Part shown: positions 36,809-44,949 of the stretch, piece after piece
Numbering within the stretch: position 1 is the stretch's first letter
Layout: each line of letters starts with the position of its first letter
DNA from: an uncultured virus (IMG/VR IMGVR_UViG_3300030508_000023)
Taxonomy: Duplodnaviria > Heunggongvirae > Uroviricota > Caudoviricetes
DNA length: 64,000 nt
Virus record (IMG/VR): IMGVR_UViG_3300030508_000023
Strand: one strand, 5' to 3'
Notes under the pieces: generated by a model
What the model was told of the DNA's origin: nothing
Seen by the model: the letters and a program-made list of their open reading frames with translations, nothing else
The model's database searches: none
Made by a program: the position numbers and the translations under genes

Positions 36809-39800
36809 CTATGATATAAATTGTGCGGGAATCTTGTAGGTGCTGCCACCCACAACTATTTCGATGGTGCTGTCGCAGGTAATCGTTTCTGTGACTACTG
36901 AGTTGTTGCAATAGAGAGAGCCTCCAGAATCAAAACCGCCTTCACCGCCAGCGAACGAAGCACTTGGAGCTTGAAGGGCTAGGCCTGAGCCGTCATCGAC
37001 GGTGCTGCCAACAATAAAGTTTCCAGGGGTGTAGAGTCCTCCAGCGTAGGCTCTGCCAAAAAAGGTATCAGCCACATTGTTGTTGTTCGTCCACGATGAA
37101 AACGAGAAAATATAATCAGCAGGAACCCTGACCTGCTTGATGTCGTCGGTGATGTTTAAGGCTAAAGTGGAACCCGTATAGAAACTAAGGTTGTTTCCAT
37201 CGGTGGCAAATCCAACATTAGTGTTTTCGGTAAAAGAGTACCCAAGGCCACCATAGGACACGCTCCCGCTTTGAGCATAGACCGTGCCGTTTCCATCCAC
37301 TCCTGCCCCACCTGAAGCAAACCCAGCACTGCCGTCTGCATTTAGAGAGATCGCACCCACATTGACTCCAAGGCTCGCGAAGGTAGGGGAGTCGGTGGTA
37401 TTCAGCGACTGGTCGAATGGGTCACCACCACCAGTTGAATACCCCGCATCATTGTAGAAGCTGGATACATTCATTCCCACCATTGCCACGCTCTGAGAAC
37501 CATACTGCAACCCGCTGTCATCAAAGAGGGTGTTGGATGTTCCCGCAAACCCGAGACTAGGGACTACCGTGTTACCATACGGGTCAATGATTGCCTGCCC
37601 TGAGGAGAAGCTTGCTGATCCATCACTCCCGATAACCGATTGTCCTACTGCGAAAGAAGCCGAGCCATCAACATTTATAGTGGCTGCATAACCACTAAAC
37701 ACAGCCGACCCGTCCGCATTTAAGACCCAGTTCGAAGCAGGCCCAATCATATTGCAGGAAGGGTCTATATTAACCTTACTGCCGTAGTAGTTACCTATGT
37801 AGATATTGCCATCATCTGCAAGCTGCTGGCAAGCTAGGGAGCTGGCGTTGTAGTAATTGAATAACCCGAGAGAATCATCAAAAGATAATGATGCTCTGTG
37901 CGTACCGCTGACACTTACAGCGATCTCCCCGCCACTATTCATGGCCCAAACTTGGGGATGTCCTCCATTTGATGTAGAATGAACTTCAACATCAGTAAAA
38001 GAGGTGGTTCCACTTACAGTTAATCCACCAAATGAAGGGGAAGAGGTTGTATTCAGAAGTTGATTGAAATAATTATATTCAGTAGTGAGATAGCCAGAGT
38101 CATTTGTGAAGTGACTTAGCCCGATTCCCTGCATTGCAATAGTTGAAGTTCCGTACTTCAACCCACTAGAATCATGTAGCTCACTTCCTCCGTTTAAATA
38201 AACTCCTGCAAAGGTGGGAGAAGAGGTTGTTCCCACTGCCTGATTCATGGAGTAGAAATTAGTGGCGGAGAGGTGACCAAGCGCATCAATAGTAGCCCCG
38301 CCTCCAAAGGTAGAGATGCCTGTGACAGTTAGCCCTGCAAAGCTGGGAGAATCGGTCGTGTTGAGAGACTGGTCAAAAATGTTGTACTCGCTAGTGAGAT
38401 ACCCCATGTCATTAGCAAAGTTGGAAACATTAATCCCAACCATAGCTACACTCTGAAATCCGTATTGCAGACCACCATCGTCATAGAGGGTCGCTCCATC
38501 ACTCTCAGGGAAAGCTAGGCTAGATACCACAGTATTTCCTGATGAATCGATAGTTGCTCCGGTATTGCCAAAAGAGGCAGAGCCATCTAGGTTAAGCTGC
38601 GAGTAAGGGAGTATTAATGGAGAGTCAAGATATAGGTTTTGCGGCGTACCGGTTGAATCTCCTCCAGTAATACTTATGAGCCTTCCACCCTGCCAGTTCA
38701 GCTCGTAGCCTGGAACATCGTCAATGAGGTCCCGATAAGAGAACAAGCTAACGCCATTTTCGCCTGAATAATCGGTACCATTAAAAAAACTCCCTGTGCC
38801 AACATAAGAATACGGTGTAACATAGAGTGATGGGGCATAAATTATTCCAGTAAATTCGGCAGAAACTTCTCCGGAAATAGAACTAGAATAGTGGGTGCCT
38901 AGTATTACCCCAGAATCTACATAGACAGGGACATGGAAAAGTGCCTCACCCCCACCACTAACAACATAAAATTGAATAGCGTTGCTACCAAATGAAGCGT
39001 TCCCAGAGCTGCCTAGAGTAGTAGCTCCATCAGCAAAAGAGGCAGAACCATCATTATTTAAAACTGTGTTATAGCTAGTACCATTCCAACCAATACCAGC
39101 GTCATGGGCATAAAGATGGCTAGTCGCGGTAACAGTCCCAGTGCTAAAACTAGGTACACTAATACCAGAGAACGTACCAAGACCTGCAGCAGATATGGTA
39201 GCAGTCCCAGCAGCAAAGGAGGCAGATCCATCAGATGCATGGATTACTGCCTTTGTCGGACCTGTTCCTACAGATAGATTTCCATAGGAAAAGAGAGATA
39301 CAGCCGAAACGTTACCACTGCTATCAACCTCAGTCCCAGATCCCGTACCTAATCTTCCTCCTAGATAAGTAATCCCCTCAAAGTAAGAAGTGCCAGTCTG
39401 ATCTAGAGTTCCTGACATTGACAGTCCTCCAGTTATAACGGCACCATTTCCTATAGCTGCACCGGAGGCAGAAGCTATATATGCTGTGGTTATTTGCGCA
39501 GAATGGAGGATCCCATTATTGGATATAGTAGCAGCACCATTGGCAAAAGAGGCAGATCCATCAGCATTGAGGTGTGTAAACCCACCCGTAGTCCCAAGAG
39601 TAAGGTTTCCATAAGCATCAATAATAAACTCTCCGACAGTCAGTCCAGCGAAAGTCGGTGAACTTCCTGTATTGAGAAGTTGATTGAAATAGTTATATTC
39701 AGTAGTGAGATAGCCAGCGTCATTAGAAAAATAACTAACTCCAATACCCTGCATGGCTACCGTGCTTGAACCATACTTTAGTCCACTGGAATCATGAAGT

Positions 39801-40180
39801 TCACTTCCTCCACTTAAATAAACTCCCGCAAATGTAGGGGAATTGGTTGTATTGAGAAGTTGATTGAAATAGTTATATTCAGTAGTGAGATAACCAGAGT
39901 CATTAGAAAAATGACTAACTCCAATACCCTGCATGGCTACGACTTGCGATCCATAGTGGAGTCCGCTCGAGTCGTGGAGTGTATCGCTACCACCGCCTGT
40001 AAGTCCTACGCTTGGAAGAACTATGTTCCCATAGGAATCAACAACAAGCCCTCCAACAGTCAGTCCACCGAAGGTAGGGGAACTGGTCGTACTTAAGGGT
40101 TGATTGGGGGGAGTATATGTAAACTCCTTGTATGAACCATCAGACTGAAGCTCCTGTACTGTAAAATCACCTGTTGCCAT
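36809..40180 (-). CDS. large repeat-rich fibre/appendage protein
   Basis: Start MATGDF (TAATG overlap); repeated L(H/Y)D(S/D)SGLxYGS..VAM.G..VS.F.ND.GYLTTEYN.F.Q.LNTT.SP.F modules. Confidence 0.8.
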   Translation of the reverse strand: MATGDFTVQELQSDGSYKEFTYTPPNQPLSTTSSPTFGGLTVGGLVVDSYGNIVLPSVGLTGGGSDTLHDSSGLHYGSQVVAMQGIGVSHFSNDSGYLTTEYNYFNQLLNTTNSPTFAGVYLSGGSELHDSSGLKYGSSTVAMQGIGVSYFSNDAGYLTTEYNYFNQLLNTGSSPTFAGLTVGEFIIDAYGNLTLGTTGGFTHLNADGSASFANGAATISNNGILHSAQITTAYIASASGAAIGNGAVITGGLSMSGTLDQTGTSYFEGITYLGGRLGTGSGTEVDSSGNVSAVSLFSYGNLSVGTGPTKAVIHASDGSASFAAGTATISAAGLGTFSGISVPSFSTGTVTATSHLYAHDAGIGWNGTSYNTVLNNDGSASFADGATTLGSSGNASFGSNAIQFYVVSGGGEALFHVPVYVDSGVILGTHYSSSISGEVSAEFTGIIYAPSLYVTPYSYVGTGSFFNGTDYSGENGVSLFSYRDLIDDVPGYELNWQGGRLISITGGDSTGTPQNLYLDSPLILPYSQLNLDGSASFGNTGATIDSSGNTVVSSLAFPESDGATLYDDGGLQYGFQSVAMVGINVSNFANDMGYLTSEYNIFDQSLNTTDSPSFAGLTVTGISTFGGGATIDALGHLSATNFYSMNQAVGTTSSPTFAGVYLNGGSELHDSSGLKYGTSTIAMQGIGLSHFTNDSGYLTTEYNYFNQLLNTTSSPSFGGLTVSGTTSFTDVEVHSTSNGGHPQVWAMNSGGEIAVSVSGTHRASLSFDDSLGLFNYYNASSLACQQLADDGNIYIGNYYGSKVNIDPSCNMIGPASNWVLNADGSAVFSGYAATINVDGSASFAVGQSVIGSDGSASFSSGQAIIDPYGNTVVPSLGFAGTSNTLFDDSGLQYGSQSVAMVGMNVSSFYNDAGYSTGGGDPFDQSLNTTDSPTFASLGVNVGAISLNADGSAGFASGGAGVDGNGTVYAQSGSVSYGGLGYSFTENTNVGFATDGNNLSFYTGSTLALNITDDIKQVRVPADYIFSFSSWTNNNNVADTFFGRAYAGGLYTPGNFIVGSTVDDGSGLALQAPSASFAGGEGGFDSGGSLYCNNSVVTETITCDSTIEIVVGGSTYKIPAQFIS

Positions 40181-40473
40181 TACCAAGATCCTAGGATAGT
40201 CCTCTTCCACACGTTGGTACCAACGCATATGTAGAGATAGTTGTTTGTATAAGAGAGGGCACCTGGAAGTCCGGTAGAGTTAGTAGCGCTGGGAGGGGTT
40301 ACCCATCCAAGCGCATTGAATCCAGATAATGCATTGGACCTGAGGTAGTTGAGCGTGTTGGTACTGAAGTTAGTTGTATTTACCGAAGAGTTAGCACCAA
40401 GATTATACTTTGGGGCAGTCTGGGGAAAAGCAGTTCCAACTAAAAATAGGAATAGCGCTAGTGTTGTTCTCAT
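40180..40473 (-). CDS. small protein with a signal-peptide-like N-terminus and a fibre-type C-terminal motif
   Basis: MRTTLALFLFLVGTAFP; ends G..GALSYTNNYLYICVGTNVWKRTILGSW. Confidence 0.65.
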   Translation of the reverse strand: MRTTLALFLFLVGTAFPQTAPKYNLGANSSVNTTNFSTNTLNYLRSNALSGFNALGWVTPPSATNSTGLPGALSYTNNYLYICVGTNVWKRTILGSW

Positions 40474-40484
40474 TCGTGTTCTCT

Positions 40485-40513
40485 ATAATATGAGTAAGGT
40501 TAAGGTAAGTCAA
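40485..40513 (-). promoter_or_regulatory. sigma70-like promoter for the fibre genes
   Basis: TTGACT-N17-TATTAT on the minus strand. Confidence 0.55.
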
Positions 40514-40527
40514 GATACCTGGTAGCT

Positions 40528-40585
40528 AAAAAAAGCCAACCTGAGCGAGGAACTCCCTAAAGGGAGTTCCCCGACAGGGGCTTTT
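40528..40585 (-). terminator. long-hairpin terminator ending the right accessory block
   Basis: GGAACTCCCT-TT-AGGGAGTTCC core inside AAAAGCC...GGCTTTT, followed by a T run. Confidence 0.65.
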
Positions 40586-40590
40586 GATCT

Positions 40591-41692
40591 CTACTGAGAA
40601 GGGGATTGAAGCTCGAGCATAATCTCGCGCTCCCTCTCTGCTTTCCTAAGCTTCTGGTTAGTTTTCCTCAGGGCATTGTTCTCGACCCTCAGCACAGCCA
40701 TCTTGCCAAGCATCCTTGTGAAGTTCTCCCTGGCGAGTTTGCTTCTGTGATCTTCCCGAGACAATGCAAGCCTGAGAGCCTCTTTGTAGCCCTCTAGCCT
40801 TTCATCTACGGAGATAGCTTTGCAATCTAGTGCATGATATCCCCAGTAGTGACATGCTGCACACCTGGAACCAGGTGGCCTCACTGCCTCAGGCTTTGTC
40901 TGTAAACTTTCGTTCTTTGCTTCCATGAGTTCTTTGTAGGTGTGATTGCTGTGGCAGTCATTGCCCTGAAGCCAAACCAATCGTTGGTAATAGTTCATCC
41001 AGGACTTGCATCCACACTTGTGTTGAGTCCTAGTGCCTATCGGTTTCTGTACTTGTGTCTCCATTGGGTTTGGGTGTTTTTACTTTAGCTAGTGCATAGG
41101 AACAGACCCTCTGAATACTTCCCGCTGGGGCAGGATTCATGAGGGAGAGTTCATACACTCTTTCCAAAGCAGCGATGGCGTCAGGAACCCTATCAAGGTT
41201 GAGATCACTCATCTTTATTTCTTTCAGCAAGTAGTCTTCGTCGTACTCATTGCATGAAGGCTTAATGGGCACACTTGGCTTTATGTCCTCGAGAAACCAA
41301 TGCGCTGAGGTACATCCGTGGACACGCTTCCCAACAACCTTGTTGTGTTTGTTTACGGAGAATTTGCAACCGCATTCCCTGCATATCCCAGCCGTAGGTG
41401 GTGGATAGATACTTTTTTGCATATGCTATTCCTTCTTAGAGTCAACCAGCAGGATTGAGACAACCTCAAAGCTGTAGATCTTCATCTGAGCTCCTTCCTT
41501 GTCCAATCTCTCCATTGTCGTCTTAATGGCGTTACACACTCTTTCGCTATCGACCTGCTCGCCAGGCTTGTAGTCGATAATAAAGAGTTCCCTTTTTGCA
41601 GCATACTCAATACCTAGTCCTGCATTCTTGAGCATGCCACTGAGTAGACGGTTGCCCGTCATTACCTCTACTTTTGCTTGGTAGTGTTTCAT
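40591..41692 (-). CDS. three small genes (40591..41064 with CAAC...H...C knuckle, 41030..41422 with CxxCxC, 41426..41692)
   Basis: Contiguous ORFs with Cys/His motifs. Confidence 0.6.
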
Positions 41693-41707
41693 TGTTCCTC
41701 CTTTGTT

Positions 41708-42193
41708 TTAGTTGTTATTTGTAAACATATTTTCATTTCTTTCATATATTCTATCTATCATTTGGATATCAAACCTAGTGAGGTCTCTGTACTGACTTGG
41801 AAAAATTTGCAACTCTCTAGTCCTTGGAAACACTGATAGTATATAACAATCTTCACCGTGTGGATTATAAGATACCATAGTAATATTCTCATTAATTATG
41901 GCTGCTAATCTGGTCATTACTTTGTGTGGGGTTCCACCACTGGTAATAAACCCATACATATTTCGATTGGCAGAACACTGACTATCAATAGGGAGAGATT
42001 CACACCCCCATGCGTTAAAGCATACCTCTCGTATATGTTCGATATTATCTGCGGTAAATGATATTGGCTTTATTCTACTAAAATCAAGACCACCTTGTAT
42101 TCCAAACAAGCCATGTGGCACCGTAAGGTAAAAATCAAGAGGGCGGTGCGTAATATCTATAATCTGTAAGGTATTGATATATGGATTATTCAT
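41708..42193 (-). CDS. YubB/DUF1281-like family paralog (dispersed copy)
   Basis: INTL...LDFSRIKP...WGCES...FITSGGTPHKVMTRLAAI. Confidence 0.7.
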   Translation of the reverse strand: MNNPYINTLQIIDITHRPLDFYLTVPHGLFGIQGGLDFSRIKPISFTADNIEHIREVCFNAWGCESLPIDSQCSANRNMYGFITSGGTPHKVMTRLAAIINENITMVSYNPHGEDCYILSVFPRTRELQIFPSQYRDLTRFDIQMIDRIYERNENMFTNNN

Positions 42194-42806
42194 TCTTGTT
42201 GAGTTCGTCCGCAAATCGCTTGGCTTCTTTTATATCAATGCAATGAGCAAATAGAGTCTTCTCGTTTTTGTAAACTATGTCCTCGTTTAATCCCTTATAC
42301 CCAGCCGTATAAACATCCCTCTTCCCCTGCTGGCTATTGAGGAATTCTGCGATTGCTGTGCAGAAGATGGAGCGAACCACCTCTCGTTCATCCGCTATGG
42401 TTAAGATGAGGTTTCCGTTGCTGTCTGTAATCTGCCCCTCGCCACATGATATGAATGGGTCTGTGTATTCTGATAGTGCGGTTTGCAGGGGTGTTTTTTC
42501 TAGGTTCATAAATTACTTTCCTTGGTTGAGGGCTTCGAGTTTGGCTTTTGCGCTCCTCCACTTGGTATAATTCTCATCTGCTGGATGAGCGGGGCTTGGG
42601 ATAATCGGCATTGCCTCTACCAACTCCTCCGCAACCTTCCGGTATGCCTCGGCGCGTTCGTTCGCGGCGGCGAGTTCGGCAATAGCTCTATTGAGTCGCT
42701 TCATAGCTTCTCCTTCGTAGATAAACTTATTTTCAAGATTATCGAAGATGCTTATATCATCTCCATCTTCTTCCATTAAATACCTCGGCGTTTTTGTATC
42801 ACTCAT
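42186..42806 (-). CDS. two small hypothetical genes (42186..42509 and 42513..42806)
   Basis: Contiguous ORFs. Confidence 0.6.
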
Positions 42807-42818
42807 GGTCTTTGGTGG

Positions 42819-43154
42819 TTAGTTGGTTAAATCAATTATTATAGTTCCAAACCTATCTTCCGGTTGATGTGTGTGAGGTACTGAAACGCCGCATTTGGGA
42901 CAATTAGGTGACGCGACATCTTCTGGCCTTCGGTTCCATGCGTTTGCTGCAAGGATTCCTGCGGTGGTAGCTATCTGGCACTCAGATATAGGGAGTCGAT
43001 ATTTTACCCACGAAAAACTTCCCCCTCTAGCTCCGCACTTACCACACGCAACATACGCATTATTATCACCGTCATAAAGATATGGAATTGACCCGCAAAA
43101 CGGACAGCTTCTTAGGTCCGGCCTCAATAGTTTTTTGGCTATTTCGTAGCTCAT
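42819..43154 (-). CDS. lar: Lar-family restriction alleviation protein
   Basis: LRSCPFCGS...YVACGKCGARG...AANAWNRR. Confidence 0.8.
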   Translation of the reverse strand: MSYEIAKKLLRPDLRSCPFCGSIPYLYDGDNNAYVACGKCGARGGSFSWVKYRLPISECQIATTAGILAANAWNRRPEDVASPNCPKCGVSVPHTHQPEDRFGTIIIDLTN

Positions 43155-43158
43155 AATC

Positions 43159-43512
43159 TTACTTGGTTAGTTGGTTGTATTCTGCGCGGATTTGGTGAAA
43201 CGGCCTCAGCGGAGGGTGATTGTAGGCATCTAACAACTCATCCAGAAGCCCCCGCAGCTTTGCGTTCTCGGCCTCTAGCCCCATAATCCGTTCGTTGCAA
43301 AGCTCCGGCTGATGGTAGTCGCGTTTTATTTCCGCCACCTCCGCCTCCGCCTTCTGCGCTCGCTCAAGGGCGCGGCAGAGATCGGATTGCTCATCATAAG
43401 CATCTGACCAATATCCACACCCATATCGGATTGCTCCGTTAGGTGCTGGCAGGGCGTTGCGCTTTGCTGACCCGCAAAACGGGCATTTCTCCGGCGTGAT
43501 TTCGGTTTTCAT
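43159..43512 (-). CDS. CPFCG zinc-finger plus coiled-coil protein
   Basis: KCPFCGS...YGCG...C followed by a coiled coil. Confidence 0.65.
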   Translation of the reverse strand: MKTEITPEKCPFCGSAKRNALPAPNGAIRYGCGYWSDAYDEQSDLCRALERAQKAEAEVAEIKRDYHQPELCNERIMGLEAENAKLRGLLDELLDAYNHPPLRPFHQIRAEYNQLTK

Positions 43513-43564
43513 AATTGTTGTTGGTTTTCAGTGTGAGTTCAAGAAATAGGCGGCGCGTTCCCGC

Positions 43565-43795
43565 CTACTGTGTGTTGGACTGCTTTTCTAATTCGTCCCA
43601 CGGATGAAATGAGTCGAAATTAGGACAGGCTATTGAGTAGAGCTGATGGATCGCCTCCATGATGTCGGATTCAAAAAGGGCATCACGGGCTGCTATTATT
43701 TTCCTTGCCACATCTGGCTGGATGTCACGAGGCGCAGTCCAACCACTCACTGGAGCGAACACCTCTTGCTCGCTGGTTTGGTTATTTGTTTCCAT
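43565..43795 (-). CDS. cassette A gene (hypothetical)
   Basis: ATG lies inside attC-like site 43737-43829; ORF ends S-N-T-Q-stop across the GTTGGAC core at 43574. Confidence 0.7.
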   Translation of the reverse strand: METNNQTSEQEVFAPVSGWTAPRDIQPDVARKIIAARDALFESDIMEAIHQLYSIACPNFDSFHPWDELEKQSNTQ

Positions 43796-43829
43796 ATTTT
43801 TCGGTGTCGCTCAGTTCGGGGTGTTCGGC
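43737..43829 (+). mobile_element. integron attC-like recombination site
   Basis: R'' GTCCAAC, 5-nt spacer, L'' ACTGGAGC (extra G), GA-A-CACC stem with extra A, loop, GGTGTC, L' GCTCAGT, 7-nt spacer, R' GTTCGGC. Confidence 0.8.
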
Positions 43830-44023
43830 GAATAGCCTAGTTGCGGTATGTAGGGTTCCCAATGTCCCGTTTTACAGTGATAGGTCACTCCATCATCTCC
43901 AAGCCCCAGCATGACTCCTTGCCAAGTGCTGTCGTTTGGGGCTATTAGTATTTGGACGATTTTCGCCGAACCAGTTGATGCAGGCAACGCCTCTTGCGGG
44001 GTGGATTCGTTTTCTTCTTTCAT
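43811..44023 (-). CDS. cassette B gene (hypothetical, MKEENES...)
   Basis: AAGGA RBS and ATG lie inside attC-like site 43965-44088; stop lies inside site 43737-43829. Confidence 0.7.
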   Translation of the reverse strand: MKEENESTPQEALPASTGSAKIVQILIAPNDSTWQGVMLGLGDDGVTYHCKTGHWEPYIPQLGYSPNTPN

Positions 44024-44088
44024 ATTAGTTTCCTTTTTATTGTTGTGATGATCCGCTCTCACGGCGTACCTGATCACCAGTGTTAGAC
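43965..44088 (+). mobile_element. integron attC-like recombination site
   Basis: R'' GCCGAAC, 5-nt spacer, L'' GATGCAGG (extra G), CA-A-CGCC, loop, GGCGTA, L' CCTGATC, 6-nt spacer, R' GTTAGAC (canonical GTTRRRY). Confidence 0.85.
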
Positions 44089-44348
44089 CAACGGGTAATC
44101 CACACGACGCTTCCAAGCGGCCACCAAAGTGTCCAGTAGCGTGCCGTTCCATTTGCTCCTCCTCCCATACAAGTAAATGGCCATCTCATTCCCAGCCACG
44201 CAATGTCCACTGTTAGCCTACCAACATGGACTCTCATCAACCGATGGCCGTAAAAGCACACATTTAGATAGGGAAGTCCGTAAGTTCTGCGGTCACTCTC
44301 CGCTGAATGTGGATTTAGTATTTCGTCTATTGTGGTTTTTCCATTCAT
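44037..44348 (-). CDS. hypothetical gene ending inside attC-like site 43965-44088 (cassette C remnant)
   Basis: Reads W-S-N through the R' AAC and stops in the loop. Confidence 0.6.
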   Translation of the reverse strand: MNGKTTIDEILNPHSAESDRRTYGLPYLNVCFYGHRLMRVHVGRLTVDIAWLGMRWPFTCMGGGANGTARYWTLWWPLGSVVWITRWSNTGDQVRRESGSSQQ

Positions 44349-44439
44349 ATTTTTGTTTTGTTTCCTATGTTAATTCAAATTTAGTAGTCTGATTAATACC
44401 TATCTATTTACTAAATAACAACAATAATTAGTTTGTTAT

Positions 44440-44949
44440 TTAGTCTGTATCTTGTGATACTAAATCCATGTTTGCATCACACGACTCACCGATTGCATCA
44501 CGCACTTCACGTCGTAAATGACTATATGTAATACGACTCAACTTCATAGATCTTGTTTGTGGTTTTACCTCGAGCAGGTAAGTCTCATTAGCTCTGTACC
44601 TAAACGACACTAGGGATAGTTTTGTATTGGTTATAGCAGCCAACCTAGTCACTACTCTATGTGGAAATCCTTCTCTGGTAATGAATGTATGAATCTTTCC
44701 GTGTACATTCCACGCTCCCCGAGTAGACACATATCTGCACCCCCACTGTTCCATTCTGGCTTCATACTCTTGATGCACTATGGCGAATGGGTTTACCACA
44801 GTTCGCTTGATGGCATGAAAATCCAAATCATCTCTAGGACCCCTAAGATAAGTGGGCGACAATATATCCCGCAAGTTCGCAAAATCAATATAAAACCCAA
44901 AGGACATCAGTGCATTTACATAAACAGCATTAATATTGGGGTTATTCAT
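44440..44949 (-). CDS. YubB/DUF1281-like family paralog (dispersed copy)
   Basis: YVNAL...LDFHAIK...QWGC...FITREGFPHRVVTRLAAI. Confidence 0.7.
   Translation of the reverse strand: MNNPNINAVYVNALMSFGFYIDFANLRDILSPTYLRGPRDDLDFHAIKRTVVNPFAIVHQEYEARMEQWGCRYVSTRGAWNVHGKIHTFITREGFPHRVVTRLAAITNTKLSLVSFRYRANETYLLEVKPQTRSMKLSRITYSHLRREVRDAIGESCDANMDLVSQDTD

Noticed and set aside
40180..40228. Frameshift fusion of 40180..40473 with the large fibre gene, or the track start at 40228
   Set aside because: A TAATG stop/start overlap at 40178-40182 explains two coupled genes; no slippery site is evident.
40528..40585. Additional attC site or IS end (CCCTTTAGGG loop, GCCAAC)
   Set aside because: Lacks R' GTT spacing, extrahelical bases and IS guide tetranucleotides; its position and T-tract fit a terminator.
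44089..44440. A fourth attC completing cassette C
   Set aside because: No GTCTAAC-type R'' or L''/L' stem was found to the right of 44088; the cassette appears to have lost its site.
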